NCBI GenBank assembly: GCA_964526435.1 | Contig: CAZGIC010000002.1 | Span: 633 to 64,632 of the forward strand | From: an uncultured Lachnospiraceae bacterium | GTDB taxonomy: Bacteria; Bacillota; Clostridia; Lachnospirales; CAG-274 | DNA: 64,000 bases | Reading direction: 5' to 3' | Shown here: in pieces, positions 1 to 10,000 of the stretch | Layout of the letters: every line of letters begins with the position of its first letter | Numbering within the stretch: position 1 is the first letter of the stretch | Position numbers and translations under genes: made by a program | The notes under the pieces: model-generated | Database searches by the model: none | The model's input: the letters and a program-made list of their open reading frames with translations, nothing else | Told to the model about the DNA's origin: nothing

Positions 1-1
1 T

Positions 2-175
2 ACTGCAGGAAGTAATATTGCTATAATTAATGGTGTAGAAACATCTATGAATTATGGTGTAACTGCTGAAATTAGAGATGACAGAATGTTTGTACCATTC
101 AGAATTATTGGTGAAGCTTTAGGAGCTGATGTTGAATGGGATGCAGATACTAAAACAGCTTATTATAACAGATAA
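2..175 (+). CDS. 3' fragment of a protein ending in a copper-amine-oxidase N-terminal-like ('stalk') domain
   Basis: Frame is open from the window edge to TAA at 173-175. The tail ..RDDRMFVPFRIIGEALGADVEWDADTKTAYYNR matches the signature seen twice in the 27403-27999 protein (LVPVRGVFEYMGYDVEWDNDTKTATL; MLPLRAVGEAVNAEVDWDAESKTAYI). Confidence 0.6.
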   Translation, partial: TAGSNIAIINGVETSMNYGVTAEIRDDRMFVPFRIIGEALGADVEWDADTKTAYYNR

Positions 176-197
176 GTTTAATTTATGATAACTTAAA

Positions 198-226
198 AAG
201 GCTTCGGATTTCCGAAGTCTTTTTAA
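198..226 (+). terminator. Rho-independent terminator of the upstream partial gene
   Basis: Stem GGCTTCGG/TCCGAAGTC followed by TTTTT. Confidence 0.6.
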
Positions 227-237
227 ATGACAAAAAA

Positions 238-270
238 ATATGCCTGATCAATAATTGTAGTCAGGCATAT
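238..270. terminator. Hairpin usable as a bidirectional terminator (3' end of ispE on the minus strand)
   Basis: ATGCCTGA..TCAGGCAT stem flanked by an A-run on the left and a T-run on the right. Confidence 0.5.
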
Positions 271-273
271 TTT

Positions 274-1146
274 TTATTTACTTGTATTAAATATTGTTGT
301 AATATAAATTTCCTTGATTCTGAAATTTGATCTTATATTTTTTAGAGCAACGAGAGCTTTATCATAATTTTCATAAAATCCGAAAACTGTGGGACCGCTT
401 CCACTCATAAGAGAACCTATTGCATCGTATTTAAGCATTGCTTTTTTAATTTCGGCAATTATAGGATATTTATTTATTGTCACAGTTTCAAGAACATTAC
501 ACATATTATTGCATATACTGATTAAATCTTTATTTTTAATAAATTCAATTATTTTTTGATTATCAGGATGATTTTTGACTTTATTTAAATCAAAATCTTT
601 AAAAACTGAAGCTGTAGACACATTAATAGGAGGTTTTGCAATAAGTACAATACAGTTTGGAAAAGGCGGAAGCTGTGTAAGTTTTTCACCTATTCCTTCT
701 GCTAAAGCAGTTCCTCTTAAAATACAATAAGGGACGTCAGCACCTAAAGTTTTACCAAGAGCCATAAGTTCATTATCATCAGCCTGTATCTTAAATAAAT
801 TTCTTATTCCTATAAGTGTGGCTGCACAGTCACTGCTGCCCCCAGCCATACCGGCTGCAACAGGTATGTTTTTAGTTAAATGAATTTTTAACCCTTCTGT
901 TATGTTATATTTTTCCTTCATAAGCAAAGCTGCCTTGTATACCAAATTTCTTTCATCACAGGGAAGCCAGCTATAGTTGGCAGTCATTTCAATATTATTA
1001 TTTTCGGTGGTGCTTATTGTGATATTATCACATAAATTAATTGTCTGCATTATCATTGATAAATCATGATAACCATCTTCTCTTTTTCTTAAAACATCAA
1101 GAGTTATGTTAATTTTTGCTCTCGCATTTAATTTAATTTGTTTCAT
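274..1146 (-). CDS. ispE: 4-diphosphocytidyl-2-C-methyl-D-erythritol kinase
   Basis: 290 aa. The N-terminus KINITLDVLRKREDGYHDL and the GHMP-kinase loop PVAAGMAGGSSDCAA are typical of IspE. Confidence 0.9.
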   Translation of the reverse strand: MKQIKLNARAKINITLDVLRKREDGYHDLSMIMQTINLCDNITISTTENNNIEMTANYSWLPCDERNLVYKAALLMKEKYNITEGLKIHLTKNIPVAAGMAGGSSDCAATLIGIRNLFKIQADDNELMALGKTLGADVPYCILRGTALAEGIGEKLTQLPPFPNCIVLIAKPPINVSTASVFKDFDLNKVKNHPDNQKIIEFIKNKDLISICNNMCNVLETVTINKYPIIAEIKKAMLKYDAIGSLMSGSGPTVFGFYENYDKALVALKNIRSNFRIKEIYITTIFNTSK

Positions 1147-1161
1147 ATTTGTACCGCCTTA

Positions 1162-1959
1162 TTATTTTTTATTTTCTATCTGAGCAACTATATAAGGCAA
1201 GGTACTGATATCATTGATTATATAATCTGCACCTGATTTTTTAAATTTGTCATAAACCCTTTTTCTAGCGTGTTTTTTCTCGTCTTCGCTTAAGGATTCA
1301 AAAGTTTCATATGATAATCCCATTTCAGAACTTCCGTCTATTATACCTACAGTAGTAACCCCGGCATTATAGCCTTCTTTTATATCATTTACAGTATCCC
1401 CTACCTTAATTACATTGTGTACAGAACTTACGCCCATTTTTTCCATATTTTTAAATATCATAAAAGGATCAGGACGTCCTTGACCATTTACTTGTTCTGA
1501 ATTGATCCAGCAGTCAACAAATACTCCTTTTTTTGCAGTAATTTCTGTTAAAAATTCCATTATCTCCGTTGAATAGCTTGTTGTGGAACCTATTCTTATA
1601 CCAGACTCACGTAAAGTTTCAAGAGTTGTTTTTACATGTTCCTTTGGATTAGAGTATTTTTCTACTTTATCAAATATTTTGGCTTCAAATCTTCTGTTTA
1701 ATTCTCTAACATCACCTTCATTAGGTTCCATTCCTGTATTTTTGTACCACAATTTTGAAATTCTGTCGCTTTCGAGAATTGATCTGATGTGATCAACCTT
1801 TTCTATACCCATTTTTGCCCTTATTTCTTTTGTAGTAAGATTTATGCCGAAATCCTCAAATATTTCTCTGTAATTTTCTTCTGTCGCCATACAACCGTAA
1901 TCTACAATAGTTCCTGACCAATCTAATATTACTGCTTCAATTTTTTTCAATAAAATCAC
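1162..1959 (-). CDS. phnX: HAD-superfamily hydrolase, phosphonoacetaldehyde hydrolase (PhnX)-like
   Basis: 265 aa. Motifs IEAVILDWSGTIVDYGC, KMGIEKVDHIR (Lys at the PhnX Schiff-base position), GSTTSYS and VGDTVNDIKEGYNAG parallel Bacillus PhnX along the whole length. It lies 15 nt upstream of ispE and is probably co-transcribed with it. Confidence 0.6.
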   Translation of the reverse strand: MILLKKIEAVILDWSGTIVDYGCMATEENYREIFEDFGINLTTKEIRAKMGIEKVDHIRSILESDRISKLWYKNTGMEPNEGDVRELNRRFEAKIFDKVEKYSNPKEHVKTTLETLRESGIRIGSTTSYSTEIMEFLTEITAKKGVFVDCWINSEQVNGQGRPDPFMIFKNMEKMGVSSVHNVIKVGDTVNDIKEGYNAGVTTVGIIDGSSEMGLSYETFESLSEDEKKHARKRVYDKFKKSGADYIINDISTLPYIVAQIENKK

Positions 1960-2198
1960 ATCCCAATAAATATTTAGTTATCTTTATGATAACATAAAAA
2001 CTATATTTTTTCAACAAAATAAAGTAAAATTAATGTTTTGATTTTATTTTTTATAATTTATTAAATTTGAATTTTAGTTTGACAAGCCTGTTTAAAAAAC
2101 TTGCAATTTGTAGATATATGGTGTATTATACTAATATAGTAAAATATTTAGTTATTTTAGCTTAACGGTTTTATAAATAAAAACAGGGAGGAAAAGTA

Positions 2199-2993
2199 AT
2201 GACTCCAACGGTAAATGATGTTAAAAATCCGGTTGATAGAAATATTGCAAAAGAAAATACAGTAGCTGTTTCAAATAATAAAAACAGAAAAAAAGTTGTT
2301 CTTAATTTTAAAAATGTTAATAAAAAATTTGTAATGAAACAAGTTATAAAAAATTGTAATATTGTTATTAATAAAGGTGAGGTTATGGCTGTGCTGGCAC
2401 CTGAAGGACATGGAAAGTCAACAATTGCAAAGCTCGCTTCAGGACTTATTAAACCTACAAGTGGTGAAGTTTTGATCAGAGGTGCAAATGCAGGCAGAGT
2501 TACAAATTCTATAGTAAGTTATCAGCCTGACATTCCCTATTTTAAGTATGATACAACTGTTTCTGAACTTTTAAATATGTATGGAAGATTTTTTAAGGAT
2601 TTTAGTTATAAAAGAGCTTATCAGCTTTTAAAGCATTTTGAGATTTCAAGGCGTACACGTTTTGAAAATCTTTCAACTACAGCTTTATTTATTGTTCAGG
2701 TTATTATGGTTTCAAGCAGAAGAGCAAGTTTATATATATTTGATGACCCTATTGTGCACTGTGATCCAAAATACAGAGATGAAATTATAAAAATGATTGA
2801 TCCATGCAGAAAAAACGGGGCAGTTTTGATTCTTTCTCAAATTGCAGGAGGACTTGATGACATAACAGATAAGGTTGTGTTTTTAAAACATGGAAATATT
2901 ATAAAAGAATTTTATAATGCAGATGATTATGAAGCTGAATTTGGAAATAAATTATTAAATGATGCCTACAAGGAGGTATTTAAGCGTGCTTAA
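2199..2993 (+). CDS. ABC-type ATP-binding protein with degenerate catalytic motifs
   Basis: Walker A-like APEGHGKST. The signature motif is replaced by LSTTALF. Walker B is LYIFDDP (Asp in place of the catalytic Glu). The H-loop position reads LSQIAGG with no His. There is a 45-aa Lys/Asn-rich N-terminal extension and GGGAGG upstream of the ATG. Confidence 0.75.
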   Translation: MTPTVNDVKNPVDRNIAKENTVAVSNNKNRKKVVLNFKNVNKKFVMKQVIKNCNIVINKGEVMAVLAPEGHGKSTIAKLASGLIKPTSGEVLIRGANAGRVTNSIVSYQPDIPYFKYDTTVSELLNMYGRFFKDFSYKRAYQLLKHFEISRRTRFENLSTTALFIVQVIMVSSRRASLYIFDDPIVHCDPKYRDEIIKMIDPCRKNGAVLILSQIAGGLDDITDKVVFLKHGNIIKEFYNADDYEAEFGNKLLNDAYKEVFKRA

Positions 2994-3789
2994 TCTTTTA
3001 TACTATGATATGAAAGCTACCTTAAAAAGAAGCTGGTATTATTTTATTATTATATCAATTCTTGCTATACTTGTACGTTTTTTGTGCAGTGAGGCTTTTT
3101 TGTCTTTTTTTACAGATATTAATTTTATATATGGTTATGTTGTCAGTGCTGTTGCAGGAGGTTTTCTTGGTGCCTTTGGCATACTTGTTACGCTGATTAT
3201 CATTGTGTATCAGACACAGTGGTTTGATGAAAATATTCTATCGTCTGAAGGACAGCTTACAAATATGCTGCCTGTTGCAAGCTGGCAGATTATTCTCAGT
3301 AAAATACTTACTGCCCTTATATGGAGTCTTATAATTGTTTTTATGGCGATAGGCATAGTTTGCATTGTAATGGTAGGTACGGAATACTTTGAAGAACTGG
3401 CAGAAACAGTTGTTGAAATTGGAGCTGATAATCAGGTTGATATAAATCTTACCGGTTTTATGATTTCTGTTGGATTTTATATAGTGACAGGTATGACTTC
3501 CTTTGTTTCTCTTTGCTTTGTGGCACAAATGATAGGACAAGTTTTCGGAAGTTTCAGAAATGTATTTATACTTATTGCTTTTTTAGGTATTTTAGCATTA
3601 AGTTTGTTTATTGAATATAAAATTGCTTTAATGTCCGGAGTGATGATTCCTGAAGGTATTGAAACTGATGAAATTATAGAGTTTTGTATACAGGCAATGA
3701 CAAAACTTACAGTAATTAATATTTTTGCGATAATTATATACTGGATTGTTTCATCAGCTATTTTGAAAAAGTTTTTAACAGTGGTTTAG
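2986..3789 (+). CDS. Polytopic membrane protein (ABC-2-type permease-like partner)
   Basis: About six hydrophobic segments. I prefer the GTG at 2986, 9 nt after AGGAGG at 2971-2976, to the track ATG at 2959. It overlaps the ATPase stop, which suggests translational coupling. Confidence 0.6.
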   Translation: MLNLLYYDMKATLKRSWYYFIIISILAILVRFLCSEAFLSFFTDINFIYGYVVSAVAGGFLGAFGILVTLIIIVYQTQWFDENILSSEGQLTNMLPVASWQIILSKILTALIWSLIIVFMAIGIVCIVMVGTEYFEELAETVVEIGADNQVDINLTGFMISVGFYIVTGMTSFVSLCFVAQMIGQVFGSFRNVFILIAFLGILALSLFIEYKIALMSGVMIPEGIETDEIIEFCIQAMTKLTVINIFAIIIYWIVSSAILKKFLTVV

Positions 3790-3807
3790 TATTTTAAGAG
3801 GTGTTTT

Positions 3808-5052
3808 ATGGGGTTAATTAAGTCTTTTACAAGTGCATTAACAGGCTCTCTTGCTGATACATGGAGAGAATATTTTTATTGCGAGGCTATGCCTGCTGAT
3901 ATTCTTGTTACAAAGGGTATAAAAAGAAATTCAAAAAAAAGTTCAAATGTAAAAGGCAATGATAATATAATTTCAAATGGTTCGGTTATTGCAGTTAATG
4001 AAGGTCAGTGTATGATTATTGTTGATCAGGGAAAAGTTGCCGAATTTTGTGCTGAACCGGGGGAATTTACTTATGATTCTTCAACTGAACCAAGTCTTTT
4101 TTATGGAGAGTTAGGAGAAAATATAAAAGATACATTTAAAGAAATAGGCAAGAGATTTACATTTGGCGGTGATACCGGTAAGGATCAGAGAATATATTTC
4201 TTTAATACAAAGGAAATAATGGGTAACAAATATGGGACACCAAATCCTGTGCCCTTTAGAATTATTGATAAAAACATTGGACTTGATATGGATATAGCTA
4301 TTCGCTGTTATGGTGAGTATTCCTATAAAATAACTGATCCTGTTCTTTTTTATACAAATGTATGCGGAAATGTGGAAAAAGACTATAGCAGGTTAAATAT
4401 TGACAGCCAGTTAAAAACAGAGCTTCTTACGGCATTACAGCCGGCTTTTGCAAAAATAAGTGAAAAGGGAATCAGATATAGTAATCTTCCTGCGTATACA
4501 GATGATATTGCAGATGTACTTAATGATATTTTGTCAGAAAGCTGGAGAGAAAAGAGAGGCATAGAAATATTTTCATTTGGTATTTCTTCTGTAACGGCAA
4601 CGGAAGAAGATGCAAAAATGATTAAGGATCTTCAGAGAAATGCTGTTTTTAGAAATCCGTCAATGGCTGCGGCACAGCTTGTTGGTGCACAGTCAGAAGC
4701 AATGCAGTCTGCTGCCCAAAATCCGGGAGGAGCTTTTGCAGGATTTATGGGAATGGGTCTTGCACAGAATGCAGGAAGTGAAAATATACAGACTCTTTTT
4801 GGAATGCAGGATAATAGTGTAAATGGCTGGGAATGTGAATGCGGAACTTTGAACACAGGTAATTTTTGCAGCAATTGTGGAAAAAAGAAATCTGAAACAA
4901 AATGGAAATGTGAATGCGGTGAAATAAATACAGGTAATTTTTGCAGTAACTGCGGTAAAAGAAAACCTGAAACAGAATGGAAATGTGAATGCGGTGAAGT
5001 AAACACAGGTAAATTCTGTAGTAACTGCGGAAAAGCAAAGCCTGAGCAATAA
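3808..5052 (+). CDS. SPFH/band-7-like YdjI-family protein ('virion core protein-like', COG4260) with three C-terminal zinc ribbons
   Basis: 414 aa. The pattern NEGQCMIIVDQGKV..PGEFTYDS..IYFFNTKE parallels B. subtilis YdjI. An Ala/Gly/Met/Gln-rich linker is followed by 3 x W-x-CECG-x5-G-x-FCSNCGK. Confidence 0.8.
   Translation: MGLIKSFTSALTGSLADTWREYFYCEAMPADILVTKGIKRNSKKSSNVKGNDNIISNGSVIAVNEGQCMIIVDQGKVAEFCAEPGEFTYDSSTEPSLFYGELGENIKDTFKEIGKRFTFGGDTGKDQRIYFFNTKEIMGNKYGTPNPVPFRIIDKNIGLDMDIAIRCYGEYSYKITDPVLFYTNVCGNVEKDYSRLNIDSQLKTELLTALQPAFAKISEKGIRYSNLPAYTDDIADVLNDILSESWREKRGIEIFSFGISSVTATEEDAKMIKDLQRNAVFRNPSMAAAQLVGAQSEAMQSAAQNPGGAFAGFMGMGLAQNAGSENIQTLFGMQDNSVNGWECECGTLNTGNFCSNCGKKKSETKWKCECGEINTGNFCSNCGKRKPETEWKCECGEVNTGKFCSNCGKAKPEQ
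4828..5049 (+). repeat. Three tandem ~75-nt coding repeats, each encoding one CxC..CxxC zinc ribbon
   Basis: WECECGTLNTGNFCSNCGKKKSETK / WKCECGEINTGNFCSNCGKRKPETE / WKCECGEVNTGKFCSNCGKAKPEQ. The DNA copies are near-identical. Confidence 0.85.
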
Positions 5053-5057
5053 ATTAA

Positions 5058-5084
5058 AATCCCCGAATAATCGGGGACTTTTTG
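5058..5084. terminator. Bidirectional terminator shared by the convergent genes 3808-5052 and 5098-5997
   Basis: TCCCCGA-ATAA-TCGGGGA stem with A/T runs on both sides. Confidence 0.6.
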
Positions 5085-5097
5085 TAAAAAATTATAA

Positions 5098-5997
5098 TTA
5101 TCTGTAACAACTGCATCCATTACAGCAGCCACAGCTATTGTTACTATTTGTGTTGTTGCTGCAGCCACAGTTACTATTGTCTGAAGTGTTATTTTCGGAA
5201 GGAATATTGCCGCTTATGCCTGCTAAAAATTCTTTCTTCTGAGGCGGTGCAAATATATCCATTGGGAAATCTAAGTTATCAAATACTTCACATGGATTAA
5301 TACTTGAAATGTCTTCACATTCTTTAGGAATACAGAAGCCCTTTGATTCAACAGAAAGATTAACAAGTCTGAAAAGTTTGATAATTGTAAATAAGCCTAT
5401 AGTAACATTTACATGATCTGCGTTGTCAGAATTTTCATCACAGCAGCAGTTGTTGTATACAAGTTCTGAACTGAGAGCCACTGCCTTGGATTCTACAAGA
5501 ACAAAAGGCTGTGAACTGGTATCAAAGCTGTTTCCTCCTGCTGATAAGAAATCTGTTGAAACAAGTGAATCAGTTGTTATTGAACCAAATAATGTTACCT
5601 TTTTGTTGAATACACTCTGTGCAGGAATGGTGCATAAAGTTGTGCCATTTACGTTTTTAAATACAAGTTCATAAGCAAATATATACTTTAAGTCAATATC
5701 CCAATATCCAACTCTAAATGGATTTTGTTCTTTGCTTACAACAACAACTTTTTCAACTCTGAAGTTATTAACAGTAACAGCAGCTGCATTTTCCGGAGGA
5801 GTTATTATTTCGCCCTGTTCAAGTGTAATGCCTGAACAAAATGTTCCGCTGATTGCAGCTCTTGAAGGACCTACAATACCGCCTTCAAGGCAGTCCTGCT
5901 GTCTGCATGCATCATATACCTTTAAAGCAACTATACATTCGTCCTTTACTTTGTTGCAGCCTGTAACGGAATTTGTGTTAAAATCAAATATTCCCAT
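5098..5997 (-). CDS. Cysteine-rich protein of unknown function
   Basis: 299 aa with no signal peptide. It has N-terminal KVYDACRQQDCL, a central CCC and a C-terminal tail NCGCSNNTNSNNSCGCCNGCSCYR. GGAGG precedes the ATG. Confidence 0.7.
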   Translation of the reverse strand: MGIFDFNTNSVTGCNKVKDECIVALKVYDACRQQDCLEGGIVGPSRAAISGTFCSGITLEQGEIITPPENAAAVTVNNFRVEKVVVVSKEQNPFRVGYWDIDLKYIFAYELVFKNVNGTTLCTIPAQSVFNKKVTLFGSITTDSLVSTDFLSAGGNSFDTSSQPFVLVESKAVALSSELVYNNCCCDENSDNADHVNVTIGLFTIIKLFRLVNLSVESKGFCIPKECEDISSINPCEVFDNLDFPMDIFAPPQKKEFLAGISGNIPSENNTSDNSNCGCSNNTNSNNSCGCCNGCSCYR

Positions 5998-6111
5998 TTT
6001 GAAACCTCCTTTTTTATTTCCCCCTCTGATTTTAAATTATGAAAAATATTTATTTTTGTGATAAACTGTGGTATAATTATTATAAAATTATTGAAAAAAA
6101 TAGGAGGAAAT

Positions 6112-6708
6112 ATGAAAAAGTTAATTTTATTGATTTTTGCATGTTCATTGTTATTGACAGCCTGCAAGGAAGATACTGCTCCTGAAGAATGTATTGAACA
6201 GACTAAAGAATTTGTTGAATATTTCAAAAATAAGGATTTTGAAAGTATGTATGAAATGACAGTTTACAAAGACCCTTATCTTGCGGGAACATATGATGAA
6301 GATTCACCTATAGGACAGAAACTTTTTAATGCAATGACAGATAACCTGGATTTTGAAATAACAGGAAGTTCAAGAGACGGGGATTCTGCTTATGTAAGAG
6401 CTCATGTGGTAACAATAGATTTTAATCAGCTTCTTACAGATGTTGTATCAGAGTATATGGAATATTGTGTGGAAAATTCAGAAAATTTGACATCTGAATT
6501 AATGGACGAGGCTCTTGAAAATATATTGGACGAGGCTCTTGAAAATCCACAGCCTTATGAAAAAGATACAAGTCTTGATTTTATAAAGCAGGACGGAGAA
6601 TGGGTGATTGAAGATAATGTAGGTGTGTATGATGATTTATCAGGAGGATATTTAACTTATTGTTTCAGTGTAAATACAACTTTGGGTAATATAAGTGTGC
6701 AAGATTAA
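6112..6708 (+). CDS. Lipoprotein of unknown function
   Basis: The ATG at 6112 lies 3 nt after AGGAGG (short spacing). The signal is MKKLILLIFACSLLLTAC with lipobox L-L-T-A-C. The mature part is acidic. Confidence 0.75.
   Translation: MKKLILLIFACSLLLTACKEDTAPEECIEQTKEFVEYFKNKDFESMYEMTVYKDPYLAGTYDEDSPIGQKLFNAMTDNLDFEITGSSRDGDSAYVRAHVVTIDFNQLLTDVVSEYMEYCVENSENLTSELMDEALENILDEALENPQPYEKDTSLDFIKQDGEWVIEDNVGVYDDLSGGYLTYCFSVNTTLGNISVQD
6505..6546 (+). repeat. In-frame 24-nt tandem duplication inside the lipoprotein gene
   Basis: GACGAGGCTCTTGAAAAT occurs at 6505-6522 and again at 6529-6546 (DEALENIL-DEALENPQ). Confidence 0.8.
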
Positions 6709-7007
6709 ATTATTGACATTATACATTAATAAATATATTTGAGAATAGTAATGGGTTAAAATATGTTTATTTTGGAAAGAAATCTGTTTTGGTACTATAC
6801 AAATAACAAATTGTTTTTTATATAAAATTTATATTTGATATATTGACACATACGTTATATTATTTAATTATTTTTTTATTAAATTCTCATTTATTTTATT
6901 GCATTTTCCGACTGTAAATATTATAATTAATATAACATTAAAAAGAAAAATTATGAAAAATTTATAAATAAGTATAAATTTTTTAAAATATACAAGGGGG
7001 TTCATTA

Positions 7008-10000
7008 ATGAAGAAAAGAATTTTTTGTGCCGGTATTGCAATTGCAATGACATTGAGCAGTTTGGGACCGGTACCTTCTATAGCTGCTATTGATAACAGC
7101 TGGATTGCAGACTGGACAGGAACAGATGGCAGCATTAACTTCAGTATTACAACAACAGATGATAATACAGTTGTAATGGAGAATACAAAGGTTAATAACG
7201 GTAAGTTTTCTGACAGTGAAGACAGTATAATTTATTATGCAAAAGAATTTGATGTGTCAGATGATTTTGAAATAAGTGCAAGTGTAACAATAGATGAATA
7301 TAATACAATGGATGAAAGCAGTAACCCTCAGCAGGGATCTGTAGGCATTGCTGTTTTAGACTCCCTTTATCATAAAACAGATGAAATTTCTTATGATGAC
7401 GGACTTTTTCTTGGAACATATGCTGAAAGTTCTTCAGATGATTTGACTTTCAGAGCTATGTCAAGAAATTCATCTTCTGTAAAAGAAATAAGTGAAGCTC
7501 TTTCTGACTCTATTTCAAATACAGGCAGTAATTTAGGTACATTTAATCTTTCTATAAAAAAAGTGGGCAATGCTTATACTTTGACATGTGATGATCAAAG
7601 TGTGGTTGTTGAAATGACTTCTTTTGAAAATACAGTTTACCCATGCTTATATATAGCAAGGAATGTTAAAGCAACTTTTTCTAATGTTAAAGTGGTAAAG
7701 GCATCTAAAAAGCCTGTTTCAATGAGTATTGAGGGAAGTTATAAGACAGATTACATATATGGTGAGGATATAGACCTTACAGGCATTAAAGTTATGGTAA
7801 CTTATGATGATGGGTCAACAGAAGAAGTAAATGATTATCTTATAAAAGGTTTTAACTCTAATAAAACAGGAAAACAGGTAGTTACTCTTGTAGAAGGTGA
7901 CGCAAAGGCAACAATATCTGTTCAGGTAAGTGATCTTAAAGTTACTGATATAACAGTTGATTTTGAACCTATAAAAACTACATATGCAAAAGGTGATTTA
8001 TTTAAAACAGAAGGTATACAGGTGACAGCTACATACAGCGATGGCACAAGTGAAATACTTGATGAAGACGAGTATGTTTTCAAAATTGATAACAAAGCTA
8101 TTGAAGAAGGAGATGCTGTTACAAGTACAGGCAATAAGCAGGTTAAAGTTTACAGAACTGATGAAGAGGGTATATCTTCAAATAATGTTTCAGGAAATTT
8201 TTATATAACTGTTAATAAAAACTCTATCGATACAATAACAGTAAAGGAACCTAATAAGGTTATTTATTATTTAGGCGATGAATTTGATGCTACGGGAATG
8301 ACAGTGACATCAAGTTATATTAACAATTCAGGTAATACTGTTGAAGAAATATTAAAAAAATCAGACTATACTGTTTCAGGTTTTGACAGCAGTACCATAG
8401 GAGATAAAACAATTACTGTAACATCTGTTGCAAATCCTGATGTTACAGCAACATTTAAAATAAATGTGTTTGATAGACAGCCTCAGAGTATACAGGTGTC
8501 AGAATATCCAAGGACTACTTATGCCGTAGGAGAAGAGTTTGATTCAAGTGATATGATAGTATCTATTGTATACGATAATGGTGATATTGAAGCTACAGAT
8601 AATTATACTGTTGATACATCTGATTTTGATACAAGTGCTGTTGGAACAACTTCTGTAACTATTGTATCTGAAGGTTTTCAAAGCGTTACACTGCCTGTAA
8701 CTGTAGTTGCAGAAATGAATAATGTGTGGAGAAGTGCTACATTCGGACAGAGTTCAGGTTATGATAAGAGTTCTGATCTTGTAGGTGTTACTGCTGACAA
8801 TTACGGTACAGTTGAGGGAAAAATAAATGTTAAAGCATGGGACGGTGCCGGAAAAATTACCAATGACCATGATGGTATGACATATTATTATACTCAGATT
8901 GCAGGAGACAGTGATTTTAAAATAAGTGCTGATATTACAGTAGACAGGTATCTTGAACATGATAACGATGATACAAAGAGAAACGGTCAGGAAGCCTTTG
9001 GTATAATGGCAAGAGATGTTATACCTCTTGAAGGAACTGATGGCAGTATTACAATTGACCCTAATTCAGCAGTAGTTGATGATGAAGGTGTTGCTGTACC
9101 TATGAATAATAATACAGTATTTGCGTCAAATATGGTTATTTTAGGTGGATATTCAGGTACAGGTTGGCCTACAGATACTACATCTGCTTCTTATGAAAAA
9201 AATGCAAATATAAACAGAATAAATCTTCTTATAAGAGATGGCGTAACAGCTATTGACGGTGGAGGAACAAGAATAGGACCTTATGCGGTAAGTTCTGATT
9301 TTCCTAAGGAAGGAAATAAGTACAGGCTCACTCTTGAAAGATTAAACGGTGGTTTAATGGCTAAATGCTATAACTATCAGACTGATGAAACAATGGAGTA
9401 TTACTATTATGACGACAGTTTTCTTACAACACAGAATCCCGATGTTGCATATGTAGGTTTCTTTGCAGCAAGATGGGCGGAAATAACTGTTGAAAACGTA
9501 GACTTCTATGAAACAAGCAAGGAAACTGACAGAACTATTGAAAGCAGTGAACAGAGTGTTGAAACTGCAGAACTTTATTTCAGAGATGATCCTTATTCAA
9601 CAAGTTCTGTTTATGAATTTGATCTTGATCTTGACAATGCATCAGGTACTATTACAGTAAAGATGAATGACAAGATTATTGCGCAGGACAGACCTATTTC
9701 AGATGTGGAACATTTTACAGCTAATTTAAATACTAATTCAGTAAATAAACTTGTTGCAGTGTTTACACCTGATGACAGTCTTAATTTAACAAGCTATGAA
9801 CCTATTATTATAAGGGAAGAAATATATCATAAGAGCATAGATCAGTCAGTGAAAACTGTATATGCAAGTCCTGACGGAAGCTTTAAGGGTGATGGTACAG
9901 AAAATAATCCTTATGATATTTATACAGCTATAGGTTTCCTTCAGCCGGGACAGACTCTTATACTTAAAAACGGAACATATAAGCTTACAAAGCCTATTGA

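Noticed and set aside
4632-5168. Three long minus-strand ORFs (178, 118 and 97 aa) and a 60-aa plus-strand ORF overlapping the 3' end of the SPFH gene.
   Set aside because: They run antisense or out of frame through the triplicated zinc-ribbon cassette. They owe their length to the repeat, lack RBSs, and have low-complexity, repeat-mirroring sequences. The plus-strand SPFH frame has clear homology.
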